Positions 1 to 6,022 of a DNA stretch of 7,944 bases are shown piece after piece; position 1 is the first letter of the stretch; each line of letters starts with the position of its first letter. A program made the position numbers and the translations under genes. The notes beneath the pieces were generated by a model that had not been told where the DNA came from, searched no databases, and was given only the letters and a program-made list of their open reading frames with translations. Location: positions 1 through 7,944 of the IMG/VR virus record IMGVR_UViG_2585427761_000003; one strand, 5' to 3'. The stretch comes from a virus (taxonomy: Duplodnaviria > Heunggongvirae > Uroviricota > Caudoviricetes).

Positions 1-262
1 TGACAGTTTCGCGGGAGCCATCTGCAAAAATTGTGGTCACCTTGTAACTGAAGATGAGTCCTCGCAGTTTGATGACGAAATCGTTGACAATATCTTCGGT
101 GCACTCACCAGAGACTTTCTGAAGTAAAGGCGCATACCGCTTAGTTACCGCTCTGATAATTCTTACCTGTCCGGCAATGGCGCTGATATCAATATAAAGC
201 GCCATCGCTGTTTCTTTGCTGATCCCTGGATGCCTTCCATTCTGATGTTTGACTTCGCCCAC
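1..262 (-). CDS. hypothetical protein, 3'-truncated by window edge; gene immediately downstream of the repressor (moron position)
   Basis: Minus-strand frame is open from position 262 to the window edge with no stop; in-frame stop upstream at 286-284. Candidate starts: GTG 262-260 with SD-like AGAGGA (275-270) 7 nt upstream, or ATG 205-203. Translation from the ATG: MALYIDISAIAGQVRIIRAVTKRYAPLLQKVSGECTEDIVNDFVIKLRGLIFSYKVTTIFADGSRETV... Absent from the ORF track, presumably because no stop lies in the window. No family recognised. Confidence 0.5.
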   Translation of the reverse strand, partial: MGEVKHQNGRHPGISKETAMALYIDISAIAGQVRIIRAVTKRYAPLLQKVSGECTEDIVNDFVIKLRGLIFSYKVTTIFADGSRETV

Positions 263-340
263 TGAGAAATCCTCTGTTTCCCCTTAACGCCGGGGTAGCG
301 GAACTAAGACCTGTCGCACCGTTGTGCTTTGATGGAATAC

Positions 341-369
341 ATTGTTCTCTTTAGGTGAACGAAAGTCAA
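341..369 (-). promoter_or_regulatory. putative sigma70 promoter for the truncated minus-strand gene (-35 TTGACT, 17-nt spacer, -10 AACAAT)
   Basis: Minus-strand reading: TTGACT (369-364), 17 nt, AACAAT (346-341). Hexamers are identical to those of the putative rightward early promoter at 870-898. Spacer contains GTTCAC (plus-strand GTGAAC 355-360), the same half-site as the switch-region palindrome. Confidence 0.3.
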
Positions 370-383
370 CATGATGAATACGC

Positions 384-412
384 AAAAAAAAAAAAAACCG
401 CCTTGCGGCGGG
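384..412 (-). terminator. rho-independent terminator for the repressor transcript
   Basis: Plus strand shows A14 (384-397) then GC stem CCGCC (398-402), loop TTGC, GGCGG (407-411). On the minus strand this is a GC hairpin followed by a 14-U tract, 22 nt after the repressor stop (436-434). Confidence 0.8.
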
Positions 413-433
413 ATGATTCTGTAAAATAAAGAA

Positions 434-823
434 TTATTTTTGTCGTGTTATTGGGTCGACGTATTCTGAGTAAAATTCGGTCAGTTTTTGGAGTCGCATT
501 TGAAAAGCTGCCAGCATATTTCTACGTTCTACAGGTGGCAGGTTTCTGTAAACATCAAGCAGGGCCTTCTCGTCATCATCAAGCGCCTCTCTATTTGTCT
601 CTTCTTTCCCTGTCAGTAGCCAAGAAAGGGAAACGTTTGTGGCTTCTGCAATTTTGGCTGCGGAATCTTTACTGATTGTTCCTCTTTTTTTCCATGCGTT
701 GACTGATGAACGACCTACACCAGCGATACGCGCTAAATCTGAACCACTTAAATGATGCTGTTGAGAGATCGTATCTAACCTTTCTGCTAGCGGGGTGTCG
801 TATTGCTTTTTTCTCATGTCCAT
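434..823 (-). CDS. XRE-family helix-turn-helix phage repressor (CI functional analogue), 129 aa, no peptidase domain
   Basis: ORF-track ORF 434..823. HTH signature LSGSDLARIAGVGRSSVNAWKKRG near the N-terminus. Divergent from the Cro-like gene. Only 129 aa, so no room for an S24 (LexA-like) autocleavage domain. The -10 TATAAT (835-830) ends 6 nt before the ATG (823-821), suggesting a leaderless mRNA. Confidence 0.85.
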   Translation of the reverse strand: MDMRKKQYDTPLAERLDTISQQHHLSGSDLARIAGVGRSSVNAWKKRGTISKDSAAKIAEATNVSLSWLLTGKEETNREALDDDEKALLDVYRNLPPVERRNMLAAFQMRLQKLTEFYSEYVDPITRQK

Positions 824-926
824 TTGGCAATTATAACCGTTCAGTGAACACTAACAATTCCTCGAGGTGTTGACTTGTGTTCGTTTTAAGTGAACAATCG
901 TTGTGGTTAGTTGAACTGGAGGTTGT
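824..926. promoter_or_regulatory. immunity switch region: divergent back-to-back promoters and operator-like repeats
   Basis: Leftward promoter (minus strand): -35 TTGTTA (857-852), 16-nt spacer, -10 TATAAT (835-830). Rightward promoter: -35 TTGACT (870-875), 17-nt spacer, -10 AACAAT (893-898), then SD GGAGG (918-922) and ATG 927. Perfect 11-bp palindrome GTTCAgTGAAC at 839-849 lies in the leftward promoter spacer. Related sites: GTTAGTTGAAC at 906-916 (8/11 match) and AGTGAACA at 843-850 and 889-896. Confidence 0.6.
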
Positions 927-1202
927 ATGACAGCATTGGACAAAGCAATAAAGATTGCTGGTGGTATTCGTCCGCTAGGGCGTGCAATAGGGGCTTGGCC
1001 ATCTCAAATACACAAATGGGCAAATGAATACAATGGTCGAGTGCCGACGGGAGAACGGGTTCGTCAAATTTATATTGCAACTGGGGTTACTCCTCATGAA
1101 TTGCGACCAGATTTATACCCGAATCCAACTGACGGGTTGCCTGCTGGAGATAAGGCTAACACACCAAATACACCGGAGTTGATTCATGAAAATCAAGCAT
1201 GA
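927..1202 (+). CDS. Cro-like DNA-binding protein, YdaS family
   Basis: ORF-track ORF. First rightward gene, divergent from the repressor. Motifs A-x-x-I-A-G-G...LGRAIG...P-x-Q-I-x-K-W...TG-V-x-P-x-ELRPD match my recollection of the YdaS/Cro-like family of Rac-type prophages. Good SD GGAGG 4 nt before the ATG. Confidence 0.8.
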   Translation: MTALDKAIKIAGGIRPLGRAIGAWPSQIHKWANEYNGRVPTGERVRQIYIATGVTPHELRPDLYPNPTDGLPAGDKANTPNTPELIHENQA

Positions 1203-1611
1203 ACACATCCGCATGGCGATGAATGCCTGGGCGCGTCCTGATGGCGAAAAAGTTCCAGCAGCTGGAATAACCCAGGCTTATTTTGAGTTGGGTATGACGT
1301 TTCCTGAACTGTATGACGACAGCCATCCGGAAGCCCTGGCTCGCAATACACAGAAAATTTTCCGCTGGGTAGAGAAAGACACCCCTGATGCAGTTGAAAA
1401 AATTCAGGCGTTGTTACCAGCGATCGAAAAGGCAATGCCACCTTTGCTGGTGGCCAGAATGCGCAGCCACAGTTCAGCTTATTTTCGGGAGCTGGTGGAG
1501 ACGCGGGAGCGACTGGTGAGAGACGCTGATGATTTTGTCGCAGTGGCAATCGCCGGTTTCAATCAGATGAACCGTGGTGGCCCGGCAGGAAATGCTGTGG
1601 CAGTACATTGA
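1186..1611 (+). CDS. YdaT-family protein (annotated historically as toxin YdaT; CII-position regulator)
   Basis: ORF-track ORF. N-terminus MKIKHEHI, internal KIQALLPAI and C-terminal AVAVH match my recollection of E. coli Rac YdaT. Overlaps the Cro-like gene by 17 nt; SD GGAG 7 nt upstream of ATG 1186. Confidence 0.75.
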   Translation: MKIKHEHIRMAMNAWARPDGEKVPAAGITQAYFELGMTFPELYDDSHPEALARNTQKIFRWVEKDTPDAVEKIQALLPAIEKAMPPLLVARMRSHSSAYFRELVETRERLVRDADDFVAVAIAGFNQMNRGGPAGNAVAVH

Positions 1612-1682
1612 CTGACAATAGCCATATCGAATCGCTTCCGGCAACTCGTGAGTAAAATGATTCGGTATCAGAAGAGGTGAGT

Positions 1683-2753
1683 ATGGCTAACGCCTGGCTC
1701 AGATTATGGCATGACATGCCAAATGACCCTAAGTGGCGAACAATTGCCAGGGTGTCAGGGCAGCCAATTGCAACAGTGATGGCAGTGTATATCCACCTCC
1801 TGGTGAGCGCGTCACGAAATGTCACGCGAGGTCACATTGATGTCACGACAGAAGATTTGGCAAGTGCGCTCGACGTGACAGAAGAGGTAATTGATTCAAT
1901 TTTGCAGACGATGCAGGGGCGGGTACTTGATGGTGATTTAATCACTGGATGGGAAAAACGCCAGGTGCTGAAAGAGGACAACGGCAATATTTCGCAAACC
2001 GCAAAATCTCCTGCAGAGCGCAAGAGGGCGCAGCGAGAGAGGGAAAGAAAGCGGGAACAAAATGGCGATTGTCACGGCGCGTCACGAAATGTCACGCACA
2101 TGTCACGACGAGTCACGACAGATAAAGATACAGATAAAGATACAGATCAAGAAGATCAAAACACTATGGTCCATGGCGTAAAAAACGCCACGAACCAGGC
2201 AGGGGATGTTCAGACCGTCAATCCTGGTCAGCCAGCAGGCACGACACCGGAAGCCGATTCAGCGTATGCGCTGAAAGCCGATTCGGGCGCTGTGCAGCAG
2301 GTGATGACCGCAAGGCCGGAGCAATCACACCAACTGCAGCAGCCTGAAGCCGATTCCGCCATTCAGCGGGAAGCCGATCGGGTAGTCCCGGAAAGCACCG
2401 GGCAGTCTGTGGGACGAGTGGATTATCCGGATGTGTTCGAACAGGTCTGGCGGGAATACCCGTTGCGTGCCGGGGCAAACCCGAAGAAATCCGCTTTCAG
2501 TGCCTGGAAGGCCAGATTGCGCGAGGGGGTGCCACCAGAGACCATGCTGGATGGTGTGAGGCGTTACGCGAGATACCTGGCGGCGACCGGGAAAGCGGGA
2601 ACGGAATTTGTTCAGCGAGCGACGACGTTTTTTGGGCCGGACCGGAATTTTGAAAACCCCTGGTTGCTCCCGGTAAGCGGCACGAACAACCAGCGTTGTG
2701 TGAATCATATTTCTGAACCGGATACCGAAATTCCGCCGGGATTCAGGGGGTGA
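1683..2753 (+). CDS. phage replication initiation protein (lambda O functional analogue; YdaU-like) containing the putative origin iterons
   Basis: ORF-track ORF 1677..2753 begins at GTG 1677; ATG 1683 with SD AAGAGG (1672-1677) is the more likely start. Immediately precedes the DnaC-like gene with 6-nt spacing. Gene body holds two iteron arrays (see repeat features). The assignment rests on gene order, iterons and a recalled resemblance of the C-terminal region (YPDVFEQVWREYP...FFGPDRNFENPW) to YdaU-type replication proteins. Confidence 0.7.
   Translation: MANAWLRLWHDMPNDPKWRTIARVSGQPIATVMAVYIHLLVSASRNVTRGHIDVTTEDLASALDVTEEVIDSILQTMQGRVLDGDLITGWEKRQVLKEDNGNISQTAKSPAERKRAQRERERKREQNGDCHGASRNVTHMSRRVTTDKDTDKDTDQEDQNTMVHGVKNATNQAGDVQTVNPGQPAGTTPEADSAYALKADSGAVQQVMTARPEQSHQLQQPEADSAIQREADRVVPESTGQSVGRVDYPDVFEQVWREYPLRAGANPKKSAFSAWKARLREGVPPETMLDGVRRYARYLAATGKAGTEFVQRATTFFGPDRNFENPWLLPVSGTNNQRCVNHISEPDTEIPPGFRG
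1807..1879 (+). repeat. iteron array 1: four direct GTCAC(G/A) repeats at about 10-bp phasing plus one inverted copy
   Basis: GTCACG at 1811, 1821 and 1842; GTCACA at 1831 (spacing 10, 10, 11 bp); inverted CGTGAC at 1874-1879. The 21-mer GCGCGTCACGAAATGTCACGC (1807-1827) recurs exactly at 2077-2097. Confidence 0.65.
2071..2160 (+). repeat. iteron array 2 (five direct GTCACG repeats) followed by an A+T-rich tandem repeat; candidate origin core
   Basis: GTCACG at 2071, 2081, 2091, 2102, 2112 (spacing 10, 10, 11, 10 bp). Directly followed by GATAAAGATACA x2 and GATCAAGAA/GATCAAAAC (2121-2160), which is A+T-rich, holds two GATC sites and encodes DKDTDKDTDQEDQ. Confidence 0.6.
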
Positions 2754-2759
2754 TGTGGC

Positions 2760-3506
2760 ATGAAAAACATTGCGGCAGCCGGGGTTCTTGAACGTATTCG
2801 CAGACTTGCACCACAGGCGTCGGTTCCACCGTACCGGACGGTGGAGGAGTGGCGGGAATGGCAACTTGCTGAAGGACGAAAACGCAGCGAGGAGATTAAC
2901 CGCCAGAATCACCAGTTGCGGGTGGAAAAAATCCTGAATCGTTCGGGCATCCAGCCTCTGCACAGCAAATGCTCGTTTGCGAATTATCAGGTGCAGAACG
3001 ACGGGCAAAAATACGCGCTGAGCCAGGCCAAATCCATAGCTGACGAACTGATGACCGGGTGCACGAATTTTGTGTTCAGCGGTAAGCCGGGTACCGGAAA
3101 GAATCATCTGGCAGCAGCCATTGGCAACCATCTTCTGGCGAAAGGTCGCAGCGTGATTGTGGTGACGGTGGCGGATGTGATGCTGGCGTTACACGGCAAC
3201 TACGACAACAAAAACTCGGGCGAAAAGTTTTTGCAGGGGTTGTGTGAAGTTGACCTGCTTATCCTGGATGAAATCGGTATGCAGCGGGATACGCGTAACG
3301 AACAGGTCACACTGAACCAGATAGTCGATCGCAGAACGGCCTCGATGCACAGCGTCGGGATGCTGACGAACCTGAACCATGCGGCGATGAATACGCTGCT
3401 TGGTGAGCGCGTGATGGACCGCATGACCATGAACGGTGGTCGCTGGGTGAATTTTAACTGGGAGAGCTGGCGTTCAAATGTCAGTCATTTAAGGGTTGCG
3501 AAGTAA
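2760..3506 (+). CDS. DnaC-like replicative helicase loader (phage P/YdaV analogue), AAA+ ATPase
   Basis: ORF-track ORF. Walker A FSGKPGTGKNHLAAAIG, Walker B DLLILDEIG, and long stretches matching E. coli DnaC as I recall it (NRSGIQPLH, NQIVDRR, GMLTN, LLGERVMDRM, NFNWESWRS). Starts 6 nt after the initiator stop. Confidence 0.95.
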   Translation: MKNIAAAGVLERIRRLAPQASVPPYRTVEEWREWQLAEGRKRSEEINRQNHQLRVEKILNRSGIQPLHSKCSFANYQVQNDGQKYALSQAKSIADELMTGCTNFVFSGKPGTGKNHLAAAIGNHLLAKGRSVIVVTVADVMLALHGNYDNKNSGEKFLQGLCEVDLLILDEIGMQRDTRNEQVTLNQIVDRRTASMHSVGMLTNLNHAAMNTLLGERVMDRMTMNGGRWVNFNWESWRSNVSHLRVAK

Positions 3507-3520
3507 TTTCAGGAGGACTC

Positions 3521-3913
3521 ATGGCAAGCGTTTTTACACCTGAACAGCGGGAAGAACTGAAGGCACGAATTATCGGGCTGGTACACAGGAACAAACGCAT
3601 GACGATGTCGCAACTGGAGAGGGCAACGGGGGCGGGCTGGCATACGGTCAGACGTTGTCTTGTGGATGTGGTTGCTTGTGGTGATTTGTACATATCCGGT
3701 AAATACGGTGTTTTTGTATCAGAACAGGCGTATCAGGCGTGGTGTAAAACTCCGAAGAAAGCTGCCCCGGCACTGGTCCGGAAGTTACCTGATGGTGAAA
3801 TCCGTCGCTACGACAGAGACATGAACATAATTTGCCGGGAATGCCGTAACAGCGAATCAATGCAACGTGTACTGGCGTTCTATCGGGGTAATTTTCAGGA
3901 GGTGATGGAGTGA
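3521..3913 (+). CDS. hypothetical protein (130 aa)
   Basis: ORF-track ORF. Strong SD AGGAGG (3511-3516) 4 nt before the ATG. The N-terminal region (ELKARIIGLVHRNKRMTMSQLERATGAGWHTVRRCL) looks like a winged-helix segment. Family not recognised with confidence. Confidence 0.7.
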   Translation: MASVFTPEQREELKARIIGLVHRNKRMTMSQLERATGAGWHTVRRCLVDVVACGDLYISGKYGVFVSEQAYQAWCKTPKKAAPALVRKLPDGEIRRYDRDMNIICRECRNSESMQRVLAFYRGNFQEVME

Positions 3914-4209
3914 GGGTGAGGGTTTATATCGCCGGTCCGATGACCGGGTATAAAAATTTCAACCGTGAGGCGTTCCACAAGGCGGAAGAGGAACTGAAAC
4001 GGGAAGGGCATACAGTCTTAAACCCGGCAGTACTTCCGGACGGGCTGACACAGCCGCACTACATGGATATTTGCATGTCAATGATACGCTGCGTGGATGC
4101 GATTTACATGCTGAAAGGCTGGCAGCGGTCGGCAGGCGCTAAGGCAGAACTGGCACTGGCGGAGAAGCTGGGGCATGCAGTTATTTTCCAGGAGGCAAAC
4201 AGTGAGTAA
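3910..4209 (+). CDS. DUF4406-like protein (nucleoside 2-deoxyribosyltransferase-like fold), 99 aa
   Basis: ORF-track ORF. GTG start overlaps the upstream stop (GTGA); SD AGGAGG (3897-3902) with 7-nt spacing. N-terminal VYIAGPMTG motif, then NP-x-x-LP and W-x-RS-x-GA-x-AE-x-A-x-A-x-K-x-G-x-V, matching my recollection of the DUF4406 / NDT-like family. Confidence 0.7.
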   Translation: MRVRVYIAGPMTGYKNFNREAFHKAEEELKREGHTVLNPAVLPDGLTQPHYMDICMSMIRCVDAIYMLKGWQRSAGAKAELALAEKLGHAVIFQEANSE

Positions 4210-4666
4210 CCAATGGCGACCAGATATTTGCCCAATAACCGGACGTGCATTTTTCATGTGGATTGAGCATCCGAAATTGGGAAATGTACCGACGTATGGT
4301 GGCCCATTAGACAGTTACACCATTCCAACAAAGGACAGCGATGGTGAGTTTTCGTGTGAGCGTTACGATCATGATTTCGGTGGCTGGGTAGAAAGCGAAT
4401 GTCTAGGGTTATATCTGATTGATGATGAAGAACAATGCAGAGTCTACGAACTCGAGGAGCGCGTTAAAGAGCTGGAAGCGCGGGAAGTTCATTTACCGAC
4501 TCGCTACGGCCTTCGATATGGACATCCGATAAATGCTGATGAGCGCCACGTCATGATACCTAAAGAAAATGGCTGCTGGATTTATCTGGCTGATTTAGAG
4601 CACGTACTACGTGTTGCTGGTATTCGCATCAAAGGAGAGGAGCATGGAAATAAAACCAGAAGATGA
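4202..4666 (+). CDS. hypothetical protein (about 154 aa from GTG 4202; 163 aa if ATG 4175 is used)
   Basis: ORF-track ORF 4175..4666. I prefer GTG 4202 because of the strong SD GGAGG (4191-4195) with 6-nt spacing and a minimal 8-nt overlap with the upstream stop; ATG 4175 has a weak SD and a 35-nt overlap. Acidic, Cys-containing; family not recognised. Confidence 0.6.
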   Translation: MSNQWRPDICPITGRAFFMWIEHPKLGNVPTYGGPLDSYTIPTKDSDGEFSCERYDHDFGGWVESECLGLYLIDDEEQCRVYELEERVKELEAREVHLPTRYGLRYGHPINADERHVMIPKENGCWIYLADLEHVLRVAGIRIKGEEHGNKTRR

Positions 4667-5000
4667 GTTAAGTAATATTGTTTTATTTCCGGTAAAAGAG
4701 GATGACCCACGTAATCAGGTTAATTTTCTTTATGAGCCATCGGAAAGACCATATTGTCATCACGCCTCTGTCCGGGTTGACGAAAAAGAGCGTCAGGTCC
4801 GTTGTAAAATCTGCGGTGCAGTTGTGGAGCCGTTTGACTGGATGCTCTCTGTGGCGAAAAGAGAAACCAGACTGGCAGATGATGTAAGGCTATTGCGCCA
4901 GGAGGAACAGGAAAGGCGGAAAAATATAGAAAAGTTAATTCAGATTGAACGTAACGCGAAAGCGCGGATACGCAGGGCGACAAAATCCAGAACTGAATAA
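4644..5000 (+). CDS. hypothetical protein with Cys/His cluster and basic coiled-coil-like C-terminus (118 aa)
   Basis: ORF-track ORF 4611..5000; likely start is ATG 4644, preceded by AAAGGAGAGG (4631-4640). C-x-H-H ... C-K-I-C arrangement (PYCHHASVRVDEKERQVRCKICG) suggests a zinc-ribbon-like element. C-terminal 45 aa are rich in R/K/E/Q. Confidence 0.65.
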   Translation: MEIKPEDELSNIVLFPVKEDDPRNQVNFLYEPSERPYCHHASVRVDEKERQVRCKICGAVVEPFDWMLSVAKRETRLADDVRLLRQEEQERRKNIEKLIQIERNAKARIRRATKSRTE

Positions 5001-5095
5001 ATAAATTTAGTGCTGTAAATAAAAATTTAATCCTTAACCGGAGGGATTTCTGCACCCTCAAAACATCAGGAGGCCGCCTGAAAGGGCGGTAAGAA

Positions 5096-5314
5096 ATGAC
5101 TACATTATTCAGAAAAGAATATCCGAGAAAAAGTAGAGCGACAGAATTTTTGTTTCTCATTATATTTATCGTGTTGATGATACCGATACCCCCGCTATTA
5201 CTGGTCTGGTTTATCGTGAAAATAATTGAGCCAGTTATTGAATTGTATAACGACGTGGTGTGGGCGTCGTTCAGCACACTGCACAATAAAATTAATCCGT
5301 ATAAGGAAAGCTGA
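5096..5314 (+). CDS. small predicted membrane protein (72 aa) in an AT-rich insert
   Basis: ORF-track ORF. Hydrophobic core FLFLIIFIVLMIPIPPLLLVWFIVKII is consistent with one transmembrane helix. Stop (5312-5314) is 1 nt before the HNH start codon. SD is weak (AGGGCGG, 5083-5089), so confidence is moderate. Confidence 0.4.
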   Translation: MTTLFRKEYPRKSRATEFLFLIIFIVLMIPIPPLLLVWFIVKIIEPVIELYNDVVWASFSTLHNKINPYKES

Positions 5315-5315
5315 T

Positions 5316-5681
5316 ATGGCACTGACGAAAAAACAACGTGCAGAGCTGCGCATGAAGTTCGGCGGTCGCTGTGCTTATTGCGGCTGCGAACTTGGCGAAA
5401 AGTGGCATGCAGACCATGTAAAACCGGTCATTCGTTTTGATGGAAATATGCTTCACCAGGAACGTGACGATATATCCAATATGGTTCCGGCATGCCACCC
5501 ATGCAATCTGCACAAGCATTGCAGTAGTCTGGAAGATTATCGGCGAATTATCAGTGATGGTCGTCGTGAATTCCTTGCGTCCGGGAAAGGCAAAGCGCTG
5601 GTTCGTATGGGATTGGTTGAAATGAAATCTGACCCAGTTGTGTTCTGGTTTGAAAAATATCAAGAAGGGGCTACGGCATGA
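5316..5681 (+). CDS. HNH endonuclease (121 aa)
   Basis: ORF-track ORF 5226..5681 trimmed to ATG 5316, which has SD AAGGAAAG (5303-5310); the upstream extension is Cys/Trp-rich and unprotein-like. Classic HNH zinc-finger nuclease pattern: C-A-Y-C-G ... H-A-D-H-V-K-P ... [13 protein letters not shown]. Confidence 0.85.
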   Translation: MALTKKQRAELRMKFGGRCAYCGCELGEKWHADHVKPVIRFDGNMLHQERDDISNMVPACHPCNLHKHCSSLEDYRRIISDGRREFLASGKGKALVRMGLVEMKSDPVVFWFEKYQEGATA

Positions 5682-6022
5682 CGACTTTTACCAGAGAGCA
5701 GTTAATAGCTCACGCAGAGGAGACTATTGAAGCACAGAGACTGTGCATACCGGGCACAATCGACCATGACATCATCCGCACATATAAGATGGATATTGCT
5801 GTTCTGGAAATCGCACTGGTATCGCTGGCAGCAGAGCCAGCCGGTAAATTGCATGAATACAAACCAGTGGGATATCAGCGTCTGGTCGATGAGTTAACCA
5901 TGCTGGTAAAGCAGTTAACCTGGCAACTGAGGAAAGCGAAGCCAGACTGCAAATTACCGGATAAGGCGATGAGTTATCTGGAGCGGAACGGACTGATAAG
6001 CGTGGAGGATATTTTACGATGA
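5678..6022 (+). CDS. hypothetical protein (114 aa)
   Basis: ORF-track ORF. ATGA start/stop overlap with the HNH gene; SD-like AGGGG 7 nt upstream. No family recognised. Confidence 0.7.
   Translation: MTTFTREQLIAHAEETIEAQRLCIPGTIDHDIIRTYKMDIAVLEIALVSLAAEPAGKLHEYKPVGYQRLVDELTMLVKQLTWQLRKAKPDCKLPDKAMSYLERNGLISVEDILR

Noticed and set aside
1677-1682. GTG 1677 as initiator start
   Set aside because: It lies inside the SD-like AAGAGG (1672-1677); ATG 1683 two codons later has correct SD spacing. The difference is only 2 aa.
1789-1797. Possible DnaA box ATATCCACC just upstream of iteron array 1
   Set aside because: Only 7/9 match to TTATCCACA, a single copy inside coding sequence; chance occurrence cannot be excluded. 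A second weak site, TTATCCGGA at 2425-2433, is no better.
1807-2117. Iteron arrays as a possible CRISPR array
   Set aside because: Repeat unit is about 10 bp with no spacer-sized unique segments, and the arrays lie inside a continuous open reading frame with no cas genes nearby. Iterons of a replication origin fit better.
2325-3131. 268-aa minus-strand ORF spanning the initiator/DnaC-like junction
   Set aside because: Antisense to two well-supported plus-strand genes; translation is low-complexity (R/P/G/F-rich) with no recognisable motif. Typical antisense open frame in GC-balanced coding DNA.
4175-4201. ATG 4175 as start of the 4202..4666 gene
   Set aside because: Weak SD and a 35-nt overlap with the upstream gene, whereas GTG 4202 has GGAGG at 6-nt spacing. 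Not excluded, hence the moderate confidence on that feature.
5041-5089. Two GC hairpins after the stop at 5000 as rho-independent terminators
   Set aside because: Stems are only 5 bp and neither is followed by a U-tract on either strand; the second overlaps the likely ribosome-binding region of the next ORF. More likely RNA structure than a terminator.
5226-5315. N-terminal extension of the HNH ORF in the track (start at ATG 5226)
   Set aside because: Extension is Cys/Trp-rich and unprotein-like, lies in AT-rich DNA and overlaps the small membrane ORF. ATG 5316 has a proper SD and begins a typical HNH N-terminus.
4720-5322. 200-aa minus-strand ORF across the AT-rich insert
   Set aside because: Overlaps the 3' end of the 4644..5000 gene and the small membrane ORF on the opposite strand. 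Its L/F/S/N-rich translation is what the antisense of a K/E-rich coiled coil plus AT-rich DNA gives. No SD or promoter context.
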